A stretch of DNA of 33,574 bases from Candidatus Aminicenantes bacterium (GTDB lineage: Bacteria > Acidobacteriota > B3-B38 > Guanabaribacteriales > B3-B38). A program made the translations under genes and the position numbers. The notes below the pieces were generated by a model, which had not been told where the DNA came from, searched no databases, and saw nothing but the letters and a program-made list of their open reading frames with translations. The stretch spans positions 1-33,574 of the forward strand of contig JAOUOQ010000002.1 of NCBI GenBank assembly GCA_029880275.1, written 5' to 3'. Below, one piece after another: positions 18,060 to 27,844 of this stretch (its first letter is position 1; the number at the start of each line of letters is the position of its first letter).

Positions 18060-19070
18060 TTGAGGAAGTCTATAAAAAACATGTTAAGAAATCCAATACA
18101 GAAGTTAAATAAATTATATTACCATTGGAAACGTGGCTATTGGATGTTAGATCCCAGAACATATTTGGGGAATTATAAAAATATACCCATTGATAGACCA
18201 ATATTCTTACTGGGTGTTCAGTGTGGCGGCTTAACTTTAGTATCAAGGATGCTGAGGAGACACCCATCTGTGGTATCGGTGACCGGAAATTACCGTTATT
18301 GGTCGGGAGCCGATGAAATGCATACTGTCTTGGGTCCTATTCTTCCATCTGAATTATCAGGATGCCGGTATAAGGTACCTAACTCTAAACATCCTTTATT
18401 TTCCCCACCACGGAGCTGGACTTATGCCTGCAATGAACTCTTACCATATTATCGTAGAACTGCATTAGATGCTAATCCTGAGTTAACAAAGAAATTTAAA
18501 AGAATAATTCAGATAATAATCGCAAAATATGCTATTGACAAACATAATGCCCGTTTTACCGATAAAAGTCAGGTTTATACGGTGAGAGTCGCGCTAATTA
18601 GTGAATTATTGAGAGAGAATAATCCGAAGTTCATACTTATAGTTATGAATCCATATGCTCTATGTTACAAGGCAGCAAATGGAAAAGCTGCTGATATAGA
18701 TCGACTCAAAAAAAAGCTATCACTTGAAGTGCGTTTAAATATTTGCGCGCAACATTGGGCTAATTCTATGAAATGTGCTTTAGAGGACAGAAAAGAAAAT
18801 ATGCTAATTATTCGATTTGAGGATATCTTGCAAGACCCAATAACTTATATGAGAAAACTATGTAAATTTGCTGAATTAGATTTTAACGAGGATATGTTAC
18901 CTCAGCCACATCATAAAATCCCACTTGGCTCAAGATTCCCAGATCGTTGGTATCCCTTAGAACCAGAAAGAAGTCAAAACTACTTTCAAAAAATAGGAAG
19001 AAAAGAAATAGAAATTGTTAGCAAATACTGCAAGAATCTTGCCCTTCAATTTGGCTACCATATTCCCTGA
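18060..19070 (+). CDS. Sulfotransferase-family protein (putative polysaccharide sulfotransferase)
   Basis: The N-terminal P-loop-like PAPS-binding segment reads PIFLLGVQCGGLTLVSRMLRRHP. There is a central LIVMNPYALCYKA segment and a C-terminal IIRFEDILQDPITYMRKLCKFAELDFNEDML, a pattern seen in bacterial Sulfotransfer-type proteins. ATG 18081 is an alternative start to TTG 18060. Confidence 0.65.
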   Translation: MRKSIKNMLRNPIQKLNKLYYHWKRGYWMLDPRTYLGNYKNIPIDRPIFLLGVQCGGLTLVSRMLRRHPSVVSVTGNYRYWSGADEMHTVLGPILPSELSGCRYKVPNSKHPLFSPPRSWTYACNELLPYYRRTALDANPELTKKFKRIIQIIIAKYAIDKHNARFTDKSQVYTVRVALISELLRENNPKFILIVMNPYALCYKAANGKAADIDRLKKKLSLEVRLNICAQHWANSMKCALEDRKENMLIIRFEDILQDPITYMRKLCKFAELDFNEDMLPQPHHKIPLGSRFPDRWYPLEPERSQNYFQKIGRKEIEIVSKYCKNLALQFGYHIP

Positions 19071-19078
19071 AAATCAAT

Positions 19079-21256
19079 ATGAAGCAAATCATTCAAAACT
19101 ATAAAACCGGGAAAATAAAGTTAGCTGAGGTGCCGGTTCCTGCAATTAAATCAGGTGGAGTGTTGGTGAGAAATGTTGTTTCTCTTATTAGCGCAGGAAC
19201 TGAAAGGTTAATGATTGATTTAGCTAAAAAAAGTTTACTGGGAAAAGCCATTGCCAGACCTGATTTATTAAAGCAGGTCATTAATAAAGCCAAAAGCGAG
19301 GGCATAAAAGAAGCGCATCGACAGGCGGTAAGCAGATTGGATACCCCGGTTCCTTTAGGCTACAGTTGTGCCGGGGAAGTGATGGAAGCGGGCGAGGGGG
19401 TGGATGATTTTAAGATAGGGGATAAGGTAGCTTGTTTTGGCAGTGGCTATGCCTCTCATGCTGAGGTTGTATTTGTGCCCAAAAATCTCTGCGTAAAAAT
19501 ACCAGAAGGCGTAAGTTATGAGGACGGCGCCTTTGCCGGTGTGGGGGCTATTGCGCTGCATGCGGTAAGAACGGCTGACCCGCAATTAGAGAAAAACATC
19601 GCAGTCATCGGGCTAGGGCTGCTGGGGCTGATTTCTGTTCAGTTATTAAAGTCCTCAGGATGCAATGTATTCGGAATTGATGTAGATGAGGAGAAAACTT
19701 CTCTAGCTTTAGAACTTGGTGCAGATGATGTAGCAATTACAAGTGATGATGTTATAACAAAAGTAAAGAGTTTCTCCGGAGGCAATGGGGCTGATGCGGT
19801 AATCATCTTCGCCAGCACTAAAAGCAACAAGCCTGTTGAGTTAGCCGCTGAGATAGCTCAAGAAGGTGCAAAAATTGTAGTCCCTGGCATGGTGGATTTA
19901 AAACTTCCCCGAAAAGCATTTTATGAAAAGGAGCTAAAGCTCATTGTATCCAGAGCGGCAGGTCCCGGGGCTTATGACCCTGTGTTTGAGGAGAGGGGGG
20001 TAGATTATCCTATCTCTTACGTCCGTTGGACTGAAAAACGGAATATGGAAGCATTTTTAAATCTAATGGCAAAGGGGAGGATTAATTTAGATAAGCTTAT
20101 TACTCACAGATTCAAGATTGAAGAAGCAGAGAAAGCTTATGAGATGCTAACCAGAAAGTCCTCTGAGAAATACATAGGCGTTTTATTCTGTTACGATAGA
20201 GAAAAATCATTAACAGCGAAAATAGATATTAGAAAGCAGCAGGTTAACCAAAGAAAAAAGAAGAGGGAAATAAATATTGGACTGATAGGCGCGGGGCTTT
20301 TTGCCAAAGGGACGATTTTGCCTATTCTCAGGAAAATTCCTTATGTTAATCTGCGAGGTATTGCAACAACCACAGGGAGCAGCGCGAGACATGTAGGGGA
20401 TAAATACGGTTTTGAATATTGTAGCTCTGATTACGAAGAAATCCTAAATGATCAGGACATCGATTGTGTGATAATTGCCACCAGACATAATCTCCATGCA
20501 AAGATGGTAATAGAAGCCTTGGAAAAAGGGAAGGATGTATTTGTTGAGAAACCCCTGGCTTTGTCAATTGAAGAGCTAAAAAATGTCGTTGATTCATGGA
20601 AAAATCAGCAAGGGCGCTTGATGGTGGGATTCAACCGCCGCTTCTCACCTTTCTCGGTGAAGGCTAAGGAGTGGCTGGGAAGTATCAATGAGCCGTTGGT
20701 TATCCATTGTCGGGTGAATGCCGGATTTATTCCTAATAGCAGCTGGGTTCACGACCCAAACCAAGGAGGAGGTAGAGTCATCGGTGAGGTCTGCCATTTT
20801 ATAGACCTTATTCAATATTTCACCGATTCTACTCCGAGCGAAGTCTATGCAACGAATTTAGCCTCTAATGTTTATAAAGCCAGTGATAATGTTACCATCA
20901 ATTTAAAAATGTCTAACGGCTCAATAGCTTCTATAACCTATGTCGGCAATAGTGATAGAGCTTTTCCGCGAGAGCGTATAGAGATATTTGGAGGAGGGGC
21001 AGCTTGTGTTATTGAGAATTTCAAAAAACTTGAATTCGTACAAAGCGGAAATCGCAAGAGACTCAGTCGATTTAATGTGGACCGTGGTCACAAAGATGAA
21101 TTTAAAACCTTTTTTAATACCCTGTTGAAAGGTAGGTCAGCTCCTGTTGACCTTTCTGAATATATATATACTACCCTCACTACCTTTGCTGTTGAGGAAT
21201 CCCTGAGAAAGGGAGCGCCAGTGCAATTAAGCTTAAATAATGTTGGACTGCAATGA
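19079..21256 (+). CDS. Bi-domain oxidoreductase: N-terminal MDR (zinc-type alcohol dehydrogenase-like) fused to C-terminal Gfo/Idh/MocA dehydrogenase
   Basis: Roughly the first 370 aa have a GroES-like fold plus a Rossmann fold (IAVIGLGLLGLISVQLLK). The C-terminal half starts with a second Rossmann fold (INIGLIGAGLFAKGTILP) and has DCVIIATRHNLHAKMVIEALEKGKDVFVEKPLA, the Gfo/Idh/MocA hallmark. Confidence 0.85.
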   Translation: MKQIIQNYKTGKIKLAEVPVPAIKSGGVLVRNVVSLISAGTERLMIDLAKKSLLGKAIARPDLLKQVINKAKSEGIKEAHRQAVSRLDTPVPLGYSCAGEVMEAGEGVDDFKIGDKVACFGSGYASHAEVVFVPKNLCVKIPEGVSYEDGAFAGVGAIALHAVRTADPQLEKNIAVIGLGLLGLISVQLLKSSGCNVFGIDVDEEKTSLALELGADDVAITSDDVITKVKSFSGGNGADAVIIFASTKSNKPVELAAEIAQEGAKIVVPGMVDLKLPRKAFYEKELKLIVSRAAGPGAYDPVFEERGVDYPISYVRWTEKRNMEAFLNLMAKGRINLDKLITHRFKIEEAEKAYEMLTRKSSEKYIGVLFCYDREKSLTAKIDIRKQQVNQRKKKREINIGLIGAGLFAKGTILPILRKIPYVNLRGIATTTGSSARHVGDKYGFEYCSSDYEEILNDQDIDCVIIATRHNLHAKMVIEALEKGKDVFVEKPLALSIEELKNVVDSWKNQQGRLMVGFNRRFSPFSVKAKEWLGSINEPLVIHCRVNAGFIPNSSWVHDPNQGGGRVIGEVCHFIDLIQYFTDSTPSEVYATNLASNVYKASDNVTINLKMSNGSIASITYVGNSDRAFPRERIEIFGGGAACVIENFKKLEFVQSGNRKRLSRFNVDRGHKDEFKTFFNTLLKGRSAPVDLSEYIYTTLTTFAVEESLRKGAPVQLSLNNVGLQ

Positions 21257-22476
21257 AAATTTTAATTCTATCTCATACTTTTCCTCCTGAACCAGGCTCC
21301 GCATCAGCGAGGATGTTTGAATTAGCTGAATATTTAGTCAATCGAAATCATAAGGTAAGCGTTATCACCGGTTTTCCTAACTACCCTCGTGGAGTCATAT
21401 ATCAAGGATACAAAAATAAACTTTATCAAAGAGAAAAAATACAAGGAATTAATGTTACCAGAACACTTGTTTATATTACTACCCGGAGAGCTAAGTTTTT
21501 ACCCAGATTACTAAATTATGCTTCATTTATGATTTCTTCTGTCTATGGAGCTCTTCTTGCTGGTAAACCTCAATTAATCTACATCTATTCACCACCAATT
21601 TTTCTTGGACTTTCTGCCTATGTCATTGGGAAGCTATTTAAATCTCCATTTGTAATTGAAGTTAACGACCTTTGGCCTGAAGCTCCGATAGCATTGGGAA
21701 TGATAAAGAATAAATATCTTATTAATCTCTCTAAAAAGTTAGAAAAATTCATTTATAAAAAAGCCCATAAAATATTTTTCTATTCCCACATTATGAGACG
21801 ATATGTAATTAATCTTGGAATCAATAGAGGTAAAACTGAAATTCATCCGCTCTGGATTGATACTGAATTTTTCAAGCCTACAAACTCCAATAAGAGAATC
21901 TTAAAACAACATCAAATTGATAACAAGTTTATTATTATGTATGCCGGAAATATCGGGAAAGCTCAAGGTTTAGAACACCTAATTGATTGTGCAAAATTAT
22001 TACATAAAATAAACAAAATGGAATTTGTCATCATCGGAGACGGCATTGAAAGAAATGAGTTGATTAAGAAAAGCGAGAATTACAAACTGGACAACATAAA
22101 ATTTATCAATCAACAGCCAAAAGAGAAAATAATTAAATTTTTATCAGCGGCTGATGTGTTATTTCTTCATCTTAATAAAGCACCCCATCGCTTGGGTACC
22201 ATTCCCGCCAAAATTCTCACTTATATGAGCATGGGTAAGCCAATTCTTGCAGCATTGGATGGTGAGGCAGCCGAACTTATAAACAATCACCAATGCGGAA
22301 TTAAGGTCGAACCTGAAAATCCTCAGGCTATTGCAAAGGGAATTTTAGCCTTATATAAAAATGAAGCTTTAAGGAATGAGCTTGGCGAAAATGCTCGCCA
22401 TTGTGCGATTTATTATTATTCAAAGTCAAAATTGCTTAGCGAATTAGAAACTTCTTTGCAGAAACTCGCTAACTAA
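21253..22476 (+). CDS. Family 4 glycosyltransferase, WcaI-like
   Basis: The N-terminus MKILILSHTFPPEPGSASARMFELAEYLVNRNHKVSVITGFPNYP is typical of WcaI-type GT4 enzymes. The start overlaps the upstream stop (ATGA). Confidence 0.85.
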   Translation: MKILILSHTFPPEPGSASARMFELAEYLVNRNHKVSVITGFPNYPRGVIYQGYKNKLYQREKIQGINVTRTLVYITTRRAKFLPRLLNYASFMISSVYGALLAGKPQLIYIYSPPIFLGLSAYVIGKLFKSPFVIEVNDLWPEAPIALGMIKNKYLINLSKKLEKFIYKKAHKIFFYSHIMRRYVINLGINRGKTEIHPLWIDTEFFKPTNSNKRILKQHQIDNKFIIMYAGNIGKAQGLEHLIDCAKLLHKINKMEFVIIGDGIERNELIKKSENYKLDNIKFINQQPKEKIIKFLSAADVLFLHLNKAPHRLGTIPAKILTYMSMGKPILAALDGEAAELINNHQCGIKVEPENPQAIAKGILALYKNEALRNELGENARHCAIYYYSKSKLLSELETSLQKLAN

Positions 22477-23523
22477 ATGATTCCTTCTATTAAGATTGAT
22501 CAGCAATTTAAGAATTTTCGCGTACATTTAGTGAGAAATGGTGTGCTATATGCGTCAAAAGGATACGCTCTCTATAAGAAATCTAATGATGTTGATATTT
22601 GGCATAAAATAATAACTATAAAAACAGATAGTATTCATCGTATATTAAGCAAATTTAAATTACTTTCTCGTCTATTTAGAATTGGTATTCATAATATAAT
22701 TCCATTATCATCGGGTACATTAATTTTGATAGTTCAGGGAAAATTTTACCGCCTTAGTGAAAAGAATAATAAAATCGAAATAGTCCACAGACTTCGCTAC
22801 GGTCGACGCCCTTTATTACAAGGTTGTTGTATTGATCCCTCCGATAATATCTATTACGGAGAATATTGGATGAATTCAAAAAGGAGAGAAGTGCATATTT
22901 ATCAGGGAATTAATGATGGGAGGGAGTGGAAAATAATTTATACTTTTCCCCCTCATTCAATAAGGCATGTGCATTGTGTCCAATATGATCCTTTCACAGG
23001 CTGGCTATGGATTTCCACCGGCGATCGAGAAAAGGAATGCAAGATTGCATATTCAGAAGATGGTTGTCAAACATTGATTGAAATAGGGGCTGGAAATGAA
23101 CTCTGGCGAACTACGAGCTTAATTTTAACCAAAGAATATATTTATTGGGGTACCGATGCTGAGTATATGCAAAATTACATCTGTCGCTGGAATCGAACAG
23201 CAGGCACTGTAGAGAAACTTCAAGCAGTAGACGGCCCTATATATCACTCAAAGCGTCTGAATGAGGGAACATTTCTCTTTAGCTCAGGGGTAGAGAATGC
23301 GCCGAGCGAATGGGATAATTTTGCTCGTGTTTGGATTTCATCCAATGGTATTGAGTGGAAGGAGCTCGCCAAATGGAGAAAAGATAGGCTTTCGCCACAT
23401 TATTTTGGCTACGGAGCTATTTATTTTGCTCAAGGAGAAGCAGGAAATGGACTTTTTTATTTTTCGCCCGTGGCTTTGCGATATTTAAGAGCTGGTTCCT
23501 ATTGCGCACAAATTAATTATTAA
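22477..23523 (+). CDS. Hypothetical protein, probably beta-propeller fold; function unknown
   Basis: 348-aa ORF starting directly after the upstream stop. It has recurrent strand-turn motifs and Asp-box-like segments (YSEDGCQT, SSNGIEWKEL), plus HVHCVQYDPFTGWLWISTGD. I recognise no catalytic motif. Confidence 0.6.
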   Translation: MIPSIKIDQQFKNFRVHLVRNGVLYASKGYALYKKSNDVDIWHKIITIKTDSIHRILSKFKLLSRLFRIGIHNIIPLSSGTLILIVQGKFYRLSEKNNKIEIVHRLRYGRRPLLQGCCIDPSDNIYYGEYWMNSKRREVHIYQGINDGREWKIIYTFPPHSIRHVHCVQYDPFTGWLWISTGDREKECKIAYSEDGCQTLIEIGAGNELWRTTSLILTKEYIYWGTDAEYMQNYICRWNRTAGTVEKLQAVDGPIYHSKRLNEGTFLFSSGVENAPSEWDNFARVWISSNGIEWKELAKWRKDRLSPHYFGYGAIYFAQGEAGNGLFYFSPVALRYLRAGSYCAQINY

Positions 23524-23544
23524 TTTGCCTTTTAGATATTTAAA

Positions 23545-24606
23545 ATGCGTTGGAATACAAGAATTGCCAATCGCGATGAGATCCCCAAATTACTTTCACT
23601 TTTTCAAGCCGTCTATAACAGACCGCTTTCGTCAGAATATTGGCAATGGAGATATAACGGAAATCCTGAATGTAATACCGAAGTATTAGTCATAGAACAT
23701 AAGGGCAAAATCATCGGAATGAGACCTATGTCCTCATTTACCTTTAAAGTAGCTGATACCGAGATAAGAGCAACATTATTTACAGATGTTGCGACTCATC
23801 CTTCTTTTAGAAGAATGGGTGTTTTTTCAAGCTTGATAAAAGAAGCAACACAATTAAGTGAAAATAGAGGAGATAGATTTATTTATACATTTCCCAATAA
23901 AAAATCTTTTCCGGCTTATATGAAGATAGAAAGCTGGAATCATATAGGCTCTATTCCGCTCTACATAAAACCTTTGAGAATTCATAATTATTTGCATCGT
24001 AAAGTAAATAAATCTAATTTTGTTGATTCAATGTCTGCCTTGAGAAAATTAGAAATCAACCCTCCTGCTATTGAAATTAAAGAGTGCCAGCTTTCGATTT
24101 CAAAATTGAATAGGTTTGACAAACGAATAGATGAATTATGGAACAACATTAATAACAAATATCCTATTATTTTAAAAAGGGATAGCCAATATTTAAATTG
24201 GCGATATATTCAACAACCTGATGTGGATTATCTTATTTTATGTGCAGAGTCTCGGGATAAAATAAAGGGATACATTGTATTAAAAACAGATACATTATTT
24301 GGTTGGTGGGCTGGCTTAATCGTAGATATTTTAAGTGAGAATGAGGAAACCTGTTTTCACTTAATTGCTCAAGCAATTAAATTTTTCCGTAAGCTTAAAA
24401 TTGAAGTTGCAGGTTGCATCATAACCGACATACTATTTTATCCACTCGCCTTAAGAAAAAACGGATTTTTTCGATTTCCTAATTTATTGTGTCCTAAAGA
24501 ATTTTATGTTGTATGCTATTACAATTCTACCTTTTCTGATTTTTCAGGAGAAGCGCAGAATTTCTCTAAGTGGTTTCTCACCTGGGGAGATACAGATACT
24601 GCATAA
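23545..24606 (+). CDS. GNAT-family N-acetyltransferase with extra C-terminal domain
   Basis: It has an acetyl-CoA binding motif A-like segment (VATHPSFRRMGVFSSLIKEA). The 353-aa length suggests a two-lobed, Eis/FemAB-like organisation. Confidence 0.7.
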   Translation: MRWNTRIANRDEIPKLLSLFQAVYNRPLSSEYWQWRYNGNPECNTEVLVIEHKGKIIGMRPMSSFTFKVADTEIRATLFTDVATHPSFRRMGVFSSLIKEATQLSENRGDRFIYTFPNKKSFPAYMKIESWNHIGSIPLYIKPLRIHNYLHRKVNKSNFVDSMSALRKLEINPPAIEIKECQLSISKLNRFDKRIDELWNNINNKYPIILKRDSQYLNWRYIQQPDVDYLILCAESRDKIKGYIVLKTDTLFGWWAGLIVDILSENEETCFHLIAQAIKFFRKLKIEVAGCIITDILFYPLALRKNGFFRFPNLLCPKEFYVVCYYNSTFSDFSGEAQNFSKWFLTWGDTDTA

Positions 24607-24649
24607 TTTCTAATACCCATCAAACCTTAAACAATTCGAGTGAATTAAA

Positions 24650-25525
24650 ATGTTTAAAAATAATAATGTATGTATTTTGAGCTTTGACATAGAAGATTGG
24701 TTTCAAGTGGAGAATTTGAAGCAGGCTATTAAAAAAGAAGAATGGGAGGGACAGAAATTAAGAGTTGTCGAAAATACGCGAAAATTACTTAGCATCTTGA
24801 ATAATTATGGAATTACAGCTACATTCTTTGTTCTGGGATGGATTGCTGAAAAAGTTCCCCAGTTAATATATCACATTCATAAATTGGGTCATGAAATCGC
24901 TAGCCACGGCTATGAACATGAATTAATACATAATTTATCTCAAGAAGAATTTAGAAATGATTTAATAAAATCAAAGAGAATTTTAGAGGGAATAACAGGT
25001 CAAAAGATTTTAGGATATCGAGCCCCCAGTTTTTCCATAACTGATTGGACTATTGATATGCTGAAAGAGATAGGGTATGTTTACGATTCCAGTTACTTCC
25101 CAACCTCTTTTCATAATCGATATGGTAAACTCAATTCTAAAGCTTCCATTAAAAGATGCACAAAAAATGGACTCTTTCAATATTCTAATGGTCTTATTGA
25201 AGTTCCTATGCCTACGCTTAATCTCCTGAGTATATCAATTCCTTGGGGAGGAGGAGCTTACTTCCGTTTAATGCCATATCCTATTTTCAAACAGGGAATA
25301 AAAACGATCCTAAATAAAAATAAACTATTTACCTTTTACTTTCATTCCTGGGAAATTGATAATGATCAACCTCGCATTAAGAATATTAAATTAAATTATA
25401 AGCTAAGACATTACACAGGCTTAAAAAATTCCTATATGAAGTTAGAACGATTCTTAAAGGATTTTTCTTTCACCTCGATAAGAGATTATCTGAAAAGAAT
25501 GGATCTCCTACCTGTCAAGTATTGA
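24650..25525 (+). CDS. Polysaccharide deacetylase (NodB domain plus C-terminal extension), similar to the PEP-CTERM/exosortase-locus subfamily
   Basis: NodB motifs are LSFDIEDWFQV (DxD-type), IASHGYEHE (HxxxH-type) and LGYRAPSF. The C-terminal part (FRLMPY...FYFHSWEID) matches the extension seen in the EPS-locus subfamily. Confidence 0.85.
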   Translation: MFKNNNVCILSFDIEDWFQVENLKQAIKKEEWEGQKLRVVENTRKLLSILNNYGITATFFVLGWIAEKVPQLIYHIHKLGHEIASHGYEHELIHNLSQEEFRNDLIKSKRILEGITGQKILGYRAPSFSITDWTIDMLKEIGYVYDSSYFPTSFHNRYGKLNSKASIKRCTKNGLFQYSNGLIEVPMPTLNLLSISIPWGGGAYFRLMPYPIFKQGIKTILNKNKLFTFYFHSWEIDNDQPRIKNIKLNYKLRHYTGLKNSYMKLERFLKDFSFTSIRDYLKRMDLLPVKY

Positions 25526-25605
25526 AATAAGAGTTCCTAAATTTAAAAGAAAAAGCTTAATTTTAGTGATTATTAATGTAGTAATTCATCATTATTTCCA
25601 CCTTT

Positions 25606-26655
25606 ATGGAGCAAGGGATGGAGAAATATTTAAAACATTGGAAAGATAAAAAAGTTCTTGTAACGGGTGGGGCTGGTGCCATTGGCTGTAATTTAACAAA
25701 GTCACTGTCCGAATTAGAAGCCAAGCTGGTCATTGTCCTCGATGATTTGTCCGCTTCCGGGGAATGGAATATCCCCTCCAGACCCAATGTGTTATTTGTT
25801 AGAGGTGATGTAACAGATGATATAGCACTGAAAAGAGTCTTCTCAGAAGAGCCAGAGTATGTCTTTCATTTAGCCGCTTTCTTCGCTAATCAAAATTCTG
25901 TAGATTATCCAGAAAAAGATTTATTAGTTAATGGCTTAGGCACACTCAAATTATTAGAATATTCACATCTTGCAGGTGTTAAAAAGTTTATCTACGCTTC
26001 TTCAGGATGCTCCATTTATGGAAGTCAGGCTCCCCTCCCCCTGAAAGAAGAATTTATGTCCATGGATTTAAGCACGCCTTACCAGATCACCAAAATGCTG
26101 GGAGAGCTTTACTGCAACTTCTTTATGAATCATTATGGTATGAATATCATTAAAACGAGATTCTTTAACTCATATGGTCCAGGTGAAGTTCCAGGACAAT
26201 ATCGTAATGTAATACCAAACTTCATTTACTGGGCGATGCGTGGCAAGACACTCCCCATTACAGGCACAGGAGAAGAAACACGGGACTTTACTTATGTGGG
26301 AGACCTGGTAGACGGAATTTTGAGAGCAGGCTATTTTGAAGAAGCTGTGGGAGAAGCCATTAATTTAGCATCTGGCAGAGAGATTAAAATTATAGACTTA
26401 GCAAATTTAGTCAATAAATTAACCGGAAACAAAAGCGGAATTAAATTTGTTGAAAGAAGAAAGTGGGATACCAAACCCCGGTTATTAGCATCGGTTGAGA
26501 AAGCCAAAAAAATAATAGGATACGAACCTAAAATGGATTTTGAGGAAGGAATAAAAAATACAATTGAATGGTTTGAAGAGAATTGGGACTCCATTGAAAA
26601 ATCTGCCGACTTCGGACCGGGAATTTCCTCGGCTGTCAGAGAAGTATGTAAATAA
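25606..26655 (+). CDS. NAD-dependent epimerase/dehydratase (extended SDR) acting on a nucleotide sugar
   Basis: It has the VLVTGGAGAIGCNL (GxxGxxG) motif, a catalytic YQITKMLGE (YxxxK) and a SSGCSIYG segment. ATG 25618 (preceded by GGAG) is an alternative start. Confidence 0.85.
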   Translation: MEQGMEKYLKHWKDKKVLVTGGAGAIGCNLTKSLSELEAKLVIVLDDLSASGEWNIPSRPNVLFVRGDVTDDIALKRVFSEEPEYVFHLAAFFANQNSVDYPEKDLLVNGLGTLKLLEYSHLAGVKKFIYASSGCSIYGSQAPLPLKEEFMSMDLSTPYQITKMLGELYCNFFMNHYGMNIIKTRFFNSYGPGEVPGQYRNVIPNFIYWAMRGKTLPITGTGEETRDFTYVGDLVDGILRAGYFEEAVGEAINLASGREIKIIDLANLVNKLTGNKSGIKFVERRKWDTKPRLLASVEKAKKIIGYEPKMDFEEGIKNTIEWFEENWDSIEKSADFGPGISSAVREVCK

Positions 26656-26683
26656 GAAATCTACTAACAAATAAACCCTCATT

Positions 26684-27844
26684 ATGAAAGTTCTCTTTGT
26701 ATTTGGTACCAGGCCCGAAGCCATTAAAATGGCTCCGGTAATTAAAGAAATGGAAAAATACCCCCAATTTGACTGTAAAATCTGTATTACTGCGCAGCAT
26801 AGGGAGATGTTAGACGATGTGCTAAACCTTTTTTATATTTACCCCGATTACGACCTTAATATAATGACAGATAATCAAAGCCTATTTGAAGTCACCACCA
26901 GGAGCTTAATGGGATTAAAGGAAATTTTGACCAAGCAGAAGCCCGATATGGTTCTTATCCAGGGTGATACTACCACATCTTTTGCAGCGTCCCTTGCTGC
27001 ATTCTACCTGCAGATAAGAGTGGGGCATATTGAAGCTGGTCTCAGAACCCACAATAAGTACAGCCCCTTCCCTGAGGAAAAAAATAGGCATCTAACCGCT
27101 GCTCTTGCCGATTATAACTTCGCCCATACAGAGGGGGCAAAGAGCAATTTAATTAACGAAGGCATCTCGCAAGAGCGTATATGGGTCACAGGAAATCCCG
27201 GCATAGATGCTTTGCTATTAACAATTAAGAAAAATTCTTCATCAGAAAAACAAGAGCAACTCCAAAGATATTTCCTGGAAAAATGGAATCTTAAAACAGA
27301 TAATAAGCTAATCTTAGTGACTGCTCACCGACGAGAAAATTTTGGCAAAGGATTAAAAAATATATGCTTAGCCCTAAAAGAGATTGCTCTTAAGAATCCT
27401 GATTTTTCCATAGTTTACCCTGTTCACCCAAATCCCAATGTCCAAAATATTGTCCGAGAGGTTTTCGGAAAAATCCCTGGGGAATTAGCAGACAATAAAA
27501 GTCCTGAAAACATATTCTTAATTGAGCCTTTACCCTATGAGCCTTTTGTCTACCTTATGGAGAGATGCTATTTAGTGCTAACCGATTCGGGGGGCATTCA
27601 GGAAGAAGCTCCATCCTTAGGCAAGCCTGTTTTGGTAATGCGGAATACCACCGAAAGACCCGAAGGCGTTGATGCGGGTACTGTTAAGCTGGTGGGAGCA
27701 AACAAAGATGAGATTATAAAAGAGACCCAAAACCTTCTCAATAATCAAGAAGCATACCATAAAATGTCCCGAGCCATCAATCCATACGGCGATGGAAGAG
27801 CTGCTCAAAAAATCGTTGACATCCTTAGGGGAAAAACACAGTGA
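26684..27844 (+). CDS. wecB: UDP-N-acetylglucosamine 2-epimerase (non-hydrolysing)
   Basis: MKVLFVFGTRPEAIKMAPV..., GDTTTSFAASLAAFY, VGHIEAGLRT, LVTAHRRENFG, LTDSGGIQEEAPSLGKPVLVMRNTTERPEG and NPYGDGRAA form the full WecB/MnaA signature set. Confidence 0.95.
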   Translation: MKVLFVFGTRPEAIKMAPVIKEMEKYPQFDCKICITAQHREMLDDVLNLFYIYPDYDLNIMTDNQSLFEVTTRSLMGLKEILTKQKPDMVLIQGDTTTSFAASLAAFYLQIRVGHIEAGLRTHNKYSPFPEEKNRHLTAALADYNFAHTEGAKSNLINEGISQERIWVTGNPGIDALLLTIKKNSSSEKQEQLQRYFLEKWNLKTDNKLILVTAHRRENFGKGLKNICLALKEIALKNPDFSIVYPVHPNPNVQNIVREVFGKIPGELADNKSPENIFLIEPLPYEPFVYLMERCYLVLTDSGGIQEEAPSLGKPVLVMRNTTERPEGVDAGTVKLVGANKDEIIKETQNLLNNQEAYHKMSRAINPYGDGRAAQKIVDILRGKTQ

